A stretch of 62,600 bases of DNA, filler included. It is 6 parts of 6 records of this genome, joined end to end, with 100 filler letters (N's around TTAATTAATTAA, not from the genome) between each part and the next. Parts side by side here need not be neighbours in the genome. Positions count along the whole stretch, not along the records: positions 33,110 to 47,281 come from SRR20825010_5120; positions 47,382 to 59,138 come from SRR20825010_5129; 4 more parts are not named here. The stretch is one strand, 5' to 3'. The translations under genes were made by a program, and so were the position numbers. Every line of letters begins with the position of its first letter. The first letter of the stretch is position 1. Of this stretch, positions 37,994-48,066 are shown piece by piece. A model generated the notes under the pieces. The model saw nothing but the letters and a program-made list of their open reading frames with translations. It did no database searches and was not told where the DNA came from.

Positions 37994-40097
37994 GGTCGTT
38001 AATGCAGCCCCAATCGAGCGTTCGGGAACCTGGCGACGTACCGCCACAGTGCGTCGTTTTTTCCTGACACTGTTTGTGGTTGGGCAAACCGTTGTTGCCA
38101 GTTACTTCCTGCTCTGGATTCTGCCGTATCACGGCGGCACATGGGTGGAGCTCGGCCTGCTTGCGCTTTTCATCCTCCTTTATATGTGGATTGCAGTGGG
38201 GTTCTGGACGGCCGTGTTTGGCTTTGTGCTCAGGCTGGTAGGGGGCGATCGCCACAGTCTTCTCAAGCGCCATCCGGAGTCGGAACTGGAAAACACGGCG
38301 TTGGCCAAAACCGCCATCGTTATGCCGATCTACCATGAGCCGGTGCAATGGACACTCAGTGGGTTGAAGGCTGTCTATCAGGATATTGAGCGGACCGGGC
38401 ACCTGGACCGCTTTGAGTTTCATATCATCTCCGACAGCAGGGACCCGAACGTCTGGCTACAGGAACAGGCCGAGTGGCATCGGTTATGCGAAGAGTTGGG
38501 GGCCGAGGGGCGGCTGTTCTATCGTCGACGGCGCGTCAATCTCAATTTCAAAAGCGGCAACGTTGCGGACTTTTTGCGGCGTTGGGGCCGTCGTTACCGC
38601 TATATGGTTGTTCTGGATGCCGACAGCCTGCTGAGCGCGGGAACCATCGTGAAAATGGTGCAGCTGATGGAGCGGGAACCCAACGTGGGTATCCTGCAGA
38701 CCGCACCTACCATTATCAACGGTGAGTCTCTCTTTGCCAGGGTACAGCAGTTCGCGAATCGCCTTTACTCATCGTTGTTTGCCACCGGTCTGGCAGCCAT
38801 ACAGATGGGAGACGCTGCTTTCTGGGGCCACAACGCCATTCTGCGTGTCGAGCCATTCATGGCGCACTGCGGTCTTCGTAAATTACGGGGCTTCGGGCTT
38901 TTTCGCGGGCCCATCATGAGTCACGATTTTGTGGAAGCGGCCTACATGGGGCGCGCTGGTTATGAGGTGTGGCTTGAGCCTGAGCTTGGCAACAGTTTTG
39001 AAGAATCACCGCCCACCATTTCGGATGAGCTCTCCCGGGATAATCGCTGGTCCAGGGGCAACCTCCAGCACCTCTGGATCCTTCTGTTCGGGCGGAAGTT
39101 GCGCCTGGCCCACCGGATGGCGCTGCTGAACGGCATCATGGCGTACCTTGCGTCGCCGCTCTGGTTGGCGTTTCTGATTCTGACGACCGTTGAAGCCGTG
39201 CAAATGACCGTCGCCAGCATCAATTACTTCCCCGAAGGGCACCAGGGGCTATTCCCCCTATGGCCGGAGTGGAGGCCGGAATGGGCTATCGGGCTTGCGT
39301 TGAGCACTCTATCGCTGCTGTTCCTGCCAAAGTTTCTTGCCATCTTTGATGCTGTAATCCACGGCCTTGTGCGGGGCTTCGGAGGTGTCTGGCGGCTGTT
39401 TCTGAGTGTGTTGCTGGAAATCGTCGTTTCCGTCCTGCTGGCTCCGGTCCGAATGATGGCCCACAGCCGATACGTCCTTGGCGCTCTTCTCAACGTCTCT
39501 TTGTCCTGGGCAGGGCAAAACCGTACCGAAGAAACGACATGGCGGGACGCTTTTCTGACCCAGTTTCCCGGCATGCTCGTGGGCGCTGGCTGGTCCGCCT
39601 TCGCCTGGAGCCTGGACCCCATGTTTTTCCTCTGGTCCCTGCCCGTAGCGGTGCCGCTTGTGTTGGCGGCCCCGACGTCGGTAGTGCTCAGCCGCGTAGG
39701 GCTGGGCCGGGCCTTCCGAAAAAAAGGGCTTCTGGTGATACCGGAAGAGCTTACGCCGGTCGCAGTATTGAACGACGCCAGACGCGCAAGGGCCGTGAGT
39801 GATGAGGCTCCGGTGATTACCGCTGTGGAGGCGGCTGTGATACGGCCGCGACTGAACCAGCTTCATCTCGCTTTGGCGCGCGCAGATCGCCAACCCAGAA
39901 GGGCCGAGTTGCTGTCGCCATTGGTACGACGACTCGCTGACAAAGGACCGGACTCGTTGTCCCGAAACGAGCTCAGCCAAGTGTTCCGTGACCGCACGGC
40001 ACTGGCGGAACTGCACCAGCTTGCCTGGCGTTCATCGCCGGACAGTTTCTGGGGGCGGCGAATATCCAGTCTGGGCAAGACAAAACCTGAAGAGTAA
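37986..40097 (+). CDS. opgH: Glucans biosynthesis glucosyltransferase H (GT2)
   Basis: KSGNVADF, LDADS, FWGHNAI, SHDFVEA and RDNRWSRGNLQH motifs. Confidence 0.95.
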   Translation: MTEVVNAAPIERSGTWRRTATVRRFFLTLFVVGQTVVASYFLLWILPYHGGTWVELGLLALFILLYMWIAVGFWTAVFGFVLRLVGGDRHSLLKRHPESELENTALAKTAIVMPIYHEPVQWTLSGLKAVYQDIERTGHLDRFEFHIISDSRDPNVWLQEQAEWHRLCEELGAEGRLFYRRRRVNLNFKSGNVADFLRRWGRRYRYMVVLDADSLLSAGTIVKMVQLMEREPNVGILQTAPTIINGESLFARVQQFANRLYSSLFATGLAAIQMGDAAFWGHNAILRVEPFMAHCGLRKLRGFGLFRGPIMSHDFVEAAYMGRAGYEVWLEPELGNSFEESPPTISDELSRDNRWSRGNLQHLWILLFGRKLRLAHRMALLNGIMAYLASPLWLAFLILTTVEAVQMTVASINYFPEGHQGLFPLWPEWRPEWAIGLALSTLSLLFLPKFLAIFDAVIHGLVRGFGGVWRLFLSVLLEIVVSVLLAPVRMMAHSRYVLGALLNVSLSWAGQNRTEETTWRDAFLTQFPGMLVGAGWSAFAWSLDPMFFLWSLPVAVPLVLAAPTSVVLSRVGLGRAFRKKGLLVIPEELTPVAVLNDARRARAVSDEAPVITAVEAAVIRPRLNQLHLALARADRQPRRAELLSPLVRRLADKGPDSLSRNELSQVFRDRTALAELHQLAWRSSPDSFWGRRISSLGKTKPEE

Positions 40098-40125
40098 AGG
40101 CTTCAATATTAGACGGGAGCATGAC

Positions 40126-41712
40126 ATGGACAGACGCACACTGATCAAAACCTTCGTCGGCCTGGCGGGAGCCCAGGCATTGCCCCTCTCGGCATTGATG
40201 TACAGTGGTTCCAGCGTGGCGGGCGAGGTTGGTGAGCCCAAGCCATTCAGTTACGCGTGGCTGAAAGGCCATGCGCGGGCCTTGGCCGGTGAACCCTGGG
40301 TGTCACATGAAGGGGAGTTGCCCGGCTCGTTGAAGAATCTGTCCTGGGACGATTACCAGGCGATCGGCTTTCGCCCCGAAGAAGCGCTTTGGCGTAACGA
40401 CGACAATGCGTTCCAGGTGCAGCTTTTCCATCTTGGCCTCTACTTCAAAACCCCGGTGCGCATCCACGAAGTGGAAGATGGCGAGGCCCGGGAGCTTGCG
40501 TACAAGCCGGAATACTTCCGATATGAGGGTGAACAACCCCTGGGAACCCTGCCGGAGGATCTTGGCTATGCCGGGTTCCGTGTTCACTTCCACACGGACT
40601 ACGAGCGCGACCTGGCCGCTTTCCTCGGCGCCAGCTACTTCCGGGCGGTTGGGTCAGAGATGCAATACGGGCTCTCCGCCAGGGGCCTGGCGATCGACAC
40701 CGCACTGGAAAGCGGGGAAGAGTTCCCGCAGTTTTCGGCCTTCTGGCTGGAGAAGCCGAAACCGGGCAGCCAGAACATGGTGGTCTATGCACTTCTGGAT
40801 TCACCCAGCACGACCGGTGCCTATGCCTTTACGTTGACCCCGGGACGGAACATGGTGATGAGCGTGGATGCGGCGATATACCCGAGAAAACCCATTCAGC
40901 GGGTGGGGGTCGCGCCACTGACCAGTATGTACCAGACCGGTGAGAATGATCGCCGTATGGCCTATGACTGGCGCCCGGAAATTCACGATTCTGATGGGCT
41001 GTCGATCCTGAACGGGCAGGGCGAATGGCTGTGGCGGCCACTGGTCAATCCTCGCTCCCTGCGGGTAAATACGTTTGTTGACAATAATCCTCGTGGCTTT
41101 GGCCTGCTGCAGCGCGACCGCCGGTTTGCCAACTACCAGGACGATGGCGTGTTCTACGAGAAACGTCCGAGCACCTGGGTCACGCCTCACGATGACTGGG
41201 GCAAAGGCAGCGTGATGCTGGTGGAGATTCCCACCAAGGACGAGACGTTCGACAATATCGTCGCCTTCTGGCACCCCGAGAAGCCCATGGAGCCGGGGCA
41301 GGAGTATCTTTATTCCTACACGTTGTCATGGGGGGGCGAGCCGCCGATGGAGCCAGAGGAGCTGGCCACGGTCCAGGCAACACGTACGGGATTGGGGGGC
41401 GTTGTCGGGCAGGAGCGAAAATATTTCTCCTGGCGGTTTGCCGTGGACTTTGCCGGCGGCGCGCTGCCGCTGGTGGGGGACGATGCAGAGGTAGAGCCGG
41501 TGATAACGGCCAGCCGTGGGGAGGTGGAAATCACCTCTGCGCGGCCATTGGACTCCATTGGTGGTTATCGGGCGATGTTTGACCTTGTGCCCGACGACTC
41601 CCTGGAACCGATTGACCTGCGTCTTCAGCTCAAACTCGGTAACCAGGTGCTTACCGAAACCTGGTTGTACCAGTACACGCCGCCTCCGAAGGACGAGCGC
41701 ACGCTCTATTAG
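40126..41712 (+). CDS. opgD: Periplasmic glucan biosynthesis protein D
   Basis: Tat signal DRRTLIK; GASYFRA, RPEIHDSDGL and ETFDNIVAFW motifs. Confidence 0.9.
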   Translation: MDRRTLIKTFVGLAGAQALPLSALMYSGSSVAGEVGEPKPFSYAWLKGHARALAGEPWVSHEGELPGSLKNLSWDDYQAIGFRPEEALWRNDDNAFQVQLFHLGLYFKTPVRIHEVEDGEARELAYKPEYFRYEGEQPLGTLPEDLGYAGFRVHFHTDYERDLAAFLGASYFRAVGSEMQYGLSARGLAIDTALESGEEFPQFSAFWLEKPKPGSQNMVVYALLDSPSTTGAYAFTLTPGRNMVMSVDAAIYPRKPIQRVGVAPLTSMYQTGENDRRMAYDWRPEIHDSDGLSILNGQGEWLWRPLVNPRSLRVNTFVDNNPRGFGLLQRDRRFANYQDDGVFYEKRPSTWVTPHDDWGKGSVMLVEIPTKDETFDNIVAFWHPEKPMEPGQEYLYSYTLSWGGEPPMEPEELATVQATRTGLGGVVGQERKYFSWRFAVDFAGGALPLVGDDAEVEPVITASRGEVEITSARPLDSIGGYRAMFDLVPDDSLEPIDLRLQLKLGNQVLTETWLYQYTPPPKDERTLY

Positions 41713-41741
41713 CCTTGCTTCTGGGCGGTGAAGGCTGCCGC

Positions 41742-41838
41742 TCTGTCAACAATTACGCTGCCAAGTAATCCGGGATTGTTGACAATAATCGAGTTAGGGC
41801 GTAGATTTCCGGTAATTTCAGTCACTATTGTTGACAAA
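41742..41838 (+). promoter_or_regulatory. prp operon promoter with three GntR/PrpR-type operators
   Basis: ATTGTTGACAAT (41775-41786), ATTGTTGACAAA (41827-41838) and inverted TCTGTCAACAAT (41742-41753). TTGACA(41779)-N17-TAGATT(41802). Confidence 0.8.
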
Positions 41839-41840
41839 AT

Positions 41841-42521
41841 ATGCCGGAAGCTATCGCCCAAACCTATACCCGTGCCGATGAAGCCTTCGATTGTCTGCAA
41901 ACGGCCATCGTTAAGGGTGACCTTGCCCCTGGCGAAAAGATCGGCGAAGTCGAACTCTGCTCCCGTTTCAATCTTACCCGTGGCCCGCTTCGCGAGGCGC
42001 TTGGCCGCCTTGAATCCCGAGGATTGCTGGTGCGCCGGCCCCACGCCGGGGTAAAGGTGGTCTCAGTCAGCGCTGATGAACTCATGGAGCTCTACCGCAT
42101 TCGCGAAACCATGGAGGGGCTCGCCGCCCGTCAGGCCGCCGAGCGGATGACCGATCAGGAAATCGCTGACCTGTCCGCCACCCTCGATAGCCATGAGCGA
42201 ATGATCGAACAGGCCCAGGGCCAGGCCTACTATCAGGCGGAAGGCGACTACGACTTCCATCACCGAATTGCCACCGGCAGCCGCAACACCAAACTCGCGC
42301 AAATGCTGCTGGGTGATCTTTACTATATGGTCCGGATGTATCGTTACCGTTTGAGCACCTCATCCGGGCGCCCTCACATGGCGCTGGGGGAGCATCGCAG
42401 GATTGTTGAAGCCATCGCCCAGCGTGACGGCGAGCTGGCGGAATTCCTGATGAAACGACACATCCATGCGGCCCGCAAAAACATCGAGAAAAAGATTCAG
42501 CAAGGCGATTTAACGATCTAG
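41841..42521 (+). CDS. GntR/FCD transcriptional regulator of the methylcitrate operon
   Basis: wHTH ([12 protein letters not shown]) plus FCD domain ([15 protein letters not shown]). Confidence 0.92.
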   Translation: MPEAIAQTYTRADEAFDCLQTAIVKGDLAPGEKIGEVELCSRFNLTRGPLREALGRLESRGLLVRRPHAGVKVVSVSADELMELYRIRETMEGLAARQAAERMTDQEIADLSATLDSHERMIEQAQGQAYYQAEGDYDFHHRIATGSRNTKLAQMLLGDLYYMVRMYRYRLSTSSGRPHMALGEHRRIVEAIAQRDGELAEFLMKRHIHAARKNIEKKIQQGDLTI

Positions 42522-42550
42522 AACCGTCACCCCAAATAACGAGGTTACTC

Positions 42551-43438
42551 ATGTCCAAAACACTATCCCCAGGCGCACGCTTCCGCAAAGCCCTGAAAGA
42601 AAACCACCCCCTACAGATCGTCGGCACCATCAACGCCTATACTGCCATGATGGCGGAAAAGGTCGGTCATCAGGCCATCTACCTGTCCGGCGGCGGTGTT
42701 GCTAATGCGTCCTATGGTTTGCCGGATCTGGGCATGACCACGCTGAACGATGTGGTCGAGGATGTCCGCCGTATCACTGCGGCCACCGACGTCCCGCTGC
42801 TGGTAGACATCGATACCGGGTGGGGCGGCGCCTTCAACATTGCTCGCACAATTCGCGAAATGGAACGCGCTGGCGCAGCGGCAGTCCATATCGAAGATCA
42901 GGTGGCCCAGAAACGCTGTGGTCACCGACCGAACAAGGAAATCGTCTCCCAGGAAGAAATGGTGGATCGCATCACGGCCGCCGTGGATGCCCGTCAGGAC
43001 GATGACTTCTTCATCATGGCTCGTACCGACGCGTTCCAGAAGGAAGGCCTGGACGCCGCGATTGAGCGTGCGAAGGCCTGCATAGAGGCGGGCGCCGACG
43101 GCATTTTCGCCGAAGCGGTGACCGAGTTGGAGCACTACAAGGCCTTCTCTGAAGCCCTGGACGTGCCGGTGCTGGCCAATATTACCGAGTTCGGTGCCAC
43201 GCCGTTGTACAATCGCAAGGAGCTTGCAGAAGCCGGCGCCGGTATGGTGCTGTATCCATTGAGTGCCTTTCGCGCCATGAACAAGGCTGCACTGACGGTT
43301 TACGAAAACATCCTCGAGAAAGGTGACCAGAAAGACGTGGTTGATCTTATGCAAACGCGGATGGAGTTGTACGATTTCCTGAACTACCACGATTTCGAAC
43401 AGAAGCTGGACGAGCTGTTCCAGCAGAAAAAGGGTTAA
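42551..43438 (+). CDS. prpB: Methylisocitrate lyase
   Basis: KRCGHRP, DIDTG and LANITEFG motifs. Confidence 0.96.
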   Translation: MSKTLSPGARFRKALKENHPLQIVGTINAYTAMMAEKVGHQAIYLSGGGVANASYGLPDLGMTTLNDVVEDVRRITAATDVPLLVDIDTGWGGAFNIARTIREMERAGAAAVHIEDQVAQKRCGHRPNKEIVSQEEMVDRITAAVDARQDDDFFIMARTDAFQKEGLDAAIERAKACIEAGADGIFAEAVTELEHYKAFSEALDVPVLANITEFGATPLYNRKELAEAGAGMVLYPLSAFRAMNKAALTVYENILEKGDQKDVVDLMQTRMELYDFLNYHDFEQKLDELFQQKKG

Positions 43439-43470
43439 TCAAAATCCAAACATTGATGAGGGGGAAAACC

Positions 43471-44601
43471 ATGGCTGAAGCAAAAAAACTCGGAGGCGCA
43501 GGTCTTCGCGGCCAGGTGGCTGGCGTAACGTCGCTGTGTACTGTTGGCCAGTCCGGTGCCGGCCTGACCTATCGTGGCTATGACATCAGCGATCTGGCGG
43601 ACCACGCCCAGTTTGAAGAAGTGGCTTACCTGCTGTTGCGCGGCAAGCTGCCTAACCGGCAGGAGCTTGAGGACTACAAGAAAAAGCTTGTGAGTATGCG
43701 TGAACTGCCATACGCCGTGAAATCCGTACTGGAGCATATTCCCAAAGACGCCCACCCCATGGACGTCATGCGCACCGGCTGCTCCATGCTGGGTAACCTG
43801 GAAACGGAGACCGACTTCAGTCAGCAGGACGACAAAATCGATCGCATGCTGGCACTGTTCCCGGCCATCATCACCTACTGGTACCGCTTCGCCCATGAAG
43901 GCGTGCGCATCGATACCGCCAGCGACGTGGATTCCATTGGCGGCCATTTCCTGGAACTGCTCCACGGCAAGAAACCCAGCGAACTGCATGAGCGCGTTAT
44001 GAACGTGTCGCTGATTCTTTATGCAGAGCATGAGTTCAACGCCTCTACCTTCACGGCTCGAGTGTGCGCTTCCACCCTGTCGGATATCCACAGCTGCGTG
44101 ACCGGTGCGATTGGTACGCTGCGCGGCCCGCTTCACGGTGGCGCCAATGAGGCGGCCATGGCGCTGATTCAGAAATTCCAGACCCCGGACGAAGCCGAGA
44201 AAGGCCTGCTGGGCATGCTGGAGCGCAAAGAGAAGATTATGGGCTTCGGCCATGCGATCTATCGGGAGTCTGATCCCCGCAACGCCATCATCAAGAAATG
44301 GTCCGAGGAGCTCGCCAAGGAAGTGGGTGATACCGTTCTGTACCCGGTATCGGTTCGTTGTGAGGAAGTCATGTGGCGCGAGAAGAAGCTGTTCTGCAAC
44401 GCCGACTTCTTCCATGCCTCCGCCTATCACTTCATGGGTATCCCGACCGAATTGTTTACCCCCATCTTCGTGATGTCACGGGTGTCTGGTTGGACCGCCC
44501 ACGTGAAAGAGCAGCGTGAGAACAACCGCATCATCCGCCCAAGTGCCGATTACGATGGCCCGGCGGATTCGAAGTGGGTGCCGATCGACGAGCGGCCGTA
44601 A
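43471..44601 (+). CDS. prpC: 2-methylcitrate synthase
   Basis: YAEHEFNASTF, GPLHGGANE and GFGHAIY motifs; operon context. Confidence 0.95.
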   Translation: MAEAKKLGGAGLRGQVAGVTSLCTVGQSGAGLTYRGYDISDLADHAQFEEVAYLLLRGKLPNRQELEDYKKKLVSMRELPYAVKSVLEHIPKDAHPMDVMRTGCSMLGNLETETDFSQQDDKIDRMLALFPAIITYWYRFAHEGVRIDTASDVDSIGGHFLELLHGKKPSELHERVMNVSLILYAEHEFNASTFTARVCASTLSDIHSCVTGAIGTLRGPLHGGANEAAMALIQKFQTPDEAEKGLLGMLERKEKIMGFGHAIYRESDPRNAIIKKWSEELAKEVGDTVLYPVSVRCEEVMWREKKLFCNADFFHASAYHFMGIPTELFTPIFVMSRVSGWTAHVKEQRENNRIIRPSADYDGPADSKWVPIDERP

Positions 44602-44630
44602 TCCGATAAACCAGAATTTGAGTACCGCCC

Positions 44631-47228
44631 ATGAACATTGATTACCGCAAACCTCTCCCGGGCACCGACCTGGAGTATTTTGACACCCGTCAGGCTGTGG
44701 AAGACATCCAGCCTGGCGCCTACGACAGACTGCCGTACACCTCCAAGATCCTGGCGGAGCAGTTAGTTCGTCGTTGTGATCCATCGGCACTGACGGATTC
44801 CCTCAAGCAGCTGATCGAACGCAAACGGGACCTGGATTTTCCCTGGTACCCGGCCCGCGTGGTCTGCCATGACATCCTTGGCCAGACGGCCCTGGTAGAT
44901 CTGGCTGGCCTGCGCGATGCCATCAAAGAAAAGGGTGGTGATCCGGCGAAAGTCAATCCGGTGGTGCCCACCCAGTTAATCGTGGATCACTCGCTGGCCG
45001 TTGAGCACGCCGGTTTCGAGAAAGACGCGTTCGAGAAAAACCGTGCCGTGGAAGACCGCCGCAACGACGACCGTTTCCACTTCATCAACTGGACCAAGAC
45101 GGCGTTCAAGAACGTGGATGTGATTCCTCCGGGCAACGGCATCATGCACCAGATCAACCTGGAGAAGATGTCGCCGGTGGTTCAGAACCGCGACGGTATT
45201 GCGTATCCGGACACCTGCGTTGGAACCGACAGCCACACCCCCATGGTAGACGCCCTTGGGGTTATCTCCGTGGGTGTGGGCGGCCTTGAAGCCGAAAGTG
45301 TGATGCTGGGCCGCGCCTCCATGATGCGCCTGCCAGACATCGTGGGTGTGGAGCTCAAGGGCAAGCTGCAACCAGGAATCACCGGTACCGACATGGTGCT
45401 GGCTATCACTGAATTCCTGCGCAAGGAAAGGGTGGTGGGTGCCTACCTGGAATTCTACGGCGAAGGCGCCGACAGCCTGACCGTAGGTGACCGGGCCACC
45501 ATCTCCAACATGACTCCGGAATACGGTGCCACGGCGGCGATGTTCTATATCGACGGCCAGACCATCGATTACCTCAAACTGACCGGTCGTGAAGACGAAC
45601 AGGTCGCCCTGGTTGAGAGATACGCCAAAGAGACAGGCCTGTGGGCCGACAGCATGAAAAACGCCGAATACGAGCGAGTGCTGACGTTTGACCTGTCCAA
45701 GGTACACCGTACGCTGGCGGGCCCGTCCAACCCCCACGCGCATCTTCCCACCTCCGAACTGGCTGAGCGCGGTGTTGCCGGCAAATGGGAAAAAGAAGAG
45801 GGCAAGATGCCGGACGGCGCGTGCATCATCGCCGCGATTACCAGTTGCACGAATACCAGTAACCCCCGCAATATGGTGGCCGCAGGCCTGATCGCCCGTA
45901 ATGCCAACAAGCTGGGCCTGACTCGCAAGCCTTGGGTAAAGACTTCCCTGGCGCCGGGCTCCAAGACGGTAAAAATGTATCTGGAAGAAGCCAGCCTGAT
46001 GTCCGAGCTGGAAGAACTCGGCTTCGGCGTAGTGGCTTTCGCCTGCACCACCTGTAATGGCATGAGTGGCGCACTGGACCCGAAGATCCAAAAGGAAATT
46101 GTTGATCGGGACCTGTATTCCACCGCCGTGCTTTCGGGCAACCGGAACTTTGACGGCCGCATTCACCCCTACGCCAAACAGGCGTTCCTGGCATCGCCGC
46201 CGCTTGTGGTGGCCTATGCGATTGCAGGCACCATCCGCTTCGACATCGAAAAAGACGCCCTGGGTCACGACAAGGATGGCAATCCCATTACCTTGAAGGA
46301 CATCTGGCCGGATGATGCGGAAATTGATGCCATCGTTAAGTCCAGCGTGAAGCCGGAGCAGTTCCGCAGCACTTATATTCCGATGTTCGACATCACCCGG
46401 GATGCGCACGCCAACACCAACCCGAACTACGACTGGCGCCCCCAGAGCACCTACATTCGTCGCCCGCCGTACTGGGAAGGTGGCATGGTAGGCGAGAAAA
46501 CCCTCAAGGGTATGCGCCCGCTGGCGGTGCTGCCGGACAACATCACCACCGACCACCTGTCGCCGTCCAATGCCATCCTGATGGACAGCGCAGCCGGTGA
46601 ATACCTGCATAAAATGGGCGTGCCTGAGGAAGACTTCAACTCCTACGCCACCCATCGGGGCGATCACCTGACGGCACAGCGTGCTACCTTTGCCAACCCG
46701 AAGCTGTTCAACGAAATGGTCCGGGACGAGAATGGCAAGGTGAAGCAGGGCTCCCTGGCGAGGGTTGAGCCGGAAGGCAAGGTCACCCGCATGTGGGAAG
46801 CCATCGAAACCTACATGGAGCGGAAGCAGCCACTGATCATCATCGCTGGCGCCGACTATGGTCAGGGTTCCTCCCGTGACTGGGCAGCCAAGGGCGTGGC
46901 CCTGGCGGGTGTGGAAGCCATCGTTGCCGAAGGCTTTGAGCGCATTCACCGTACCAATCTCGTCGGCATGGGCGTTATGCCCCTGCAGTTCGAGGAAGGC
47001 ACCACGCGGCAAACCCTGGGTATTGATGGTACTGAAACCTATGATGTAGAGGGTACAGCTGCACCGCGTGCGCAACTCACTCTGGTTATCCATCGCAACA
47101 ATGGCAGCACCGAGCGTGTGCCCGTGATCTGTCGTCTGGATACAGCGGAAGAAGTGTCTATCTATAGTGCTGGTGGCGTGCTTCAGCGCTTTGCCGAGGA
47201 CTTCCTGCAATCGGAGGGTGCTGCATGA
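44631..47228 (+). CDS. acnD: Fe/S-dependent 2-methylisocitrate dehydratase
   Basis: RVVCHDILGQTALVDL, TSCTNTSNP, CTTCNG and GQGSSRDWAAKG motifs. Confidence 0.96.
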   Translation: MNIDYRKPLPGTDLEYFDTRQAVEDIQPGAYDRLPYTSKILAEQLVRRCDPSALTDSLKQLIERKRDLDFPWYPARVVCHDILGQTALVDLAGLRDAIKEKGGDPAKVNPVVPTQLIVDHSLAVEHAGFEKDAFEKNRAVEDRRNDDRFHFINWTKTAFKNVDVIPPGNGIMHQINLEKMSPVVQNRDGIAYPDTCVGTDSHTPMVDALGVISVGVGGLEAESVMLGRASMMRLPDIVGVELKGKLQPGITGTDMVLAITEFLRKERVVGAYLEFYGEGADSLTVGDRATISNMTPEYGATAAMFYIDGQTIDYLKLTGREDEQVALVERYAKETGLWADSMKNAEYERVLTFDLSKVHRTLAGPSNPHAHLPTSELAERGVAGKWEKEEGKMPDGACIIAAITSCTNTSNPRNMVAAGLIARNANKLGLTRKPWVKTSLAPGSKTVKMYLEEASLMSELEELGFGVVAFACTTCNGMSGALDPKIQKEIVDRDLYSTAVLSGNRNFDGRIHPYAKQAFLASPPLVVAYAIAGTIRFDIEKDALGHDKDGNPITLKDIWPDDAEIDAIVKSSVKPEQFRSTYIPMFDITRDAHANTNPNYDWRPQSTYIRRPPYWEGGMVGEKTLKGMRPLAVLPDNITTDHLSPSNAILMDSAAGEYLHKMGVPEEDFNSYATHRGDHLTAQRATFANPKLFNEMVRDENGKVKQGSLARVEPEGKVTRMWEAIETYMERKQPLIIIAGADYGQGSSRDWAAKGVALAGVEAIVAEGFERIHRTNLVGMGVMPLQFEEGTTRQTLGIDGTETYDVEGTAAPRAQLTLVIHRNNGSTERVPVICRLDTAEEVSIYSAGGVLQRFAEDFLQSEGAA

Positions 47229-47281
47229 CCCACGCGCCCCAGATAAAAGTTCCCGCCACCTACATGCGTGGCGGCACCAGC
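47225..47281 (+). CDS. prpF: 2-methylaconitate isomerase, N-terminal fragment
   Basis: MTHAPQIKVPATYMRGGTS directly after acnD (ATGA overlap), cut by the contig break. Confidence 0.85.
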
Positions 47282-47381
47282 NNNNNNNNNNNNNNNNNNN
47301 NNNNNNNNNNNNNNNNNNNNNNNNNTTAATTAATTAANNNNNNNNNNNNNNNNNNNNNNNNNNNNNNNNNNNNNNNNNNNN
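47282..47381. other. Artificial contig spacer
   Basis: N44-TTAATTAATTAA-N44. Confidence 0.99.
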
Positions 47382-47819
47382 TGAGACGATGAAGCGGAAA
47401 TGATGCCGGTCGTCCTTGCACCGATCAGAAAAGGCGAGATCGTCAGTGCGCTCGCTGGTCGCGTCGAACATCACGCCCTTCTCGCCGTCCCGGCTGACGC
47501 CTTCACGCTTGAGGTAGGAAAGGTGGGCTGACATCGGAGCAGAGCGAAACGATTTACCCTGGTGGCGAACGATGCGGGCCTTGATCACGACACGGCGAGA
47601 GGAACTGAACAGGCGGTTGCGGCTGAAGCTGCCGCGGCCCCGGCCAAAGGTCGAGCGGCCATAGCCGGAGCTTCGCTTGCCGGATGGGGATGGCGGCGCA
47701 ACATGCCCGGACTTCTTTGCGGCGCGCAGCACCTGATTGATGAAGCTCTTGGGCTTGCCGGCGCGGGTGCTCTTGATGCGCCCAGGCCTGACGCGGAACT
47801 CGCTGTCGCCCTCGCTCAT
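47382..47819 (-). CDS. Relaxase (VirD2/RlxS-like), N-terminal part
   Basis: EFRVRPGRI, RRVVIKARIVR, HLSYLKREGV and DDRHHFRFIVS motifs. Confidence 0.9.
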
Positions 47820-48066
47820 GATGCAGCTCCTGGAAGCCAAAAGCCCGGGCCGTGCATGCGTGGGCCTTGAAATTGCTTGGAAAAACCGTGCAGCATGCAC
47901 GCGACCGACCGCCATGCACGCCAAAACGCAAGTCTCGTCAGAGACTTACAGCGTTTCGGGCATGGGCTTTTATCTCGCCGTCCTTCTGTCGTTCCTTCCT
48001 GCTCTCCCCGACATTCCACACAGGCCTCTCCAGACCGCGCCACGCTGCGCCAGACGACGAAACCGC
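47820..48066. other. Putative oriT region
   Basis: Non-coding gap just upstream of the relaxase. Inverted repeat CGTGCATGC (47851)/GCATGCACG (47893), a third copy at 47913, and a TTTTATCTCGCC core near 47968. Confidence 0.5.

Noticed and set aside
44976-47210. 744-aa minus-strand ORF
   Set aside because: Antisense shadow of acnD caused by codon bias.
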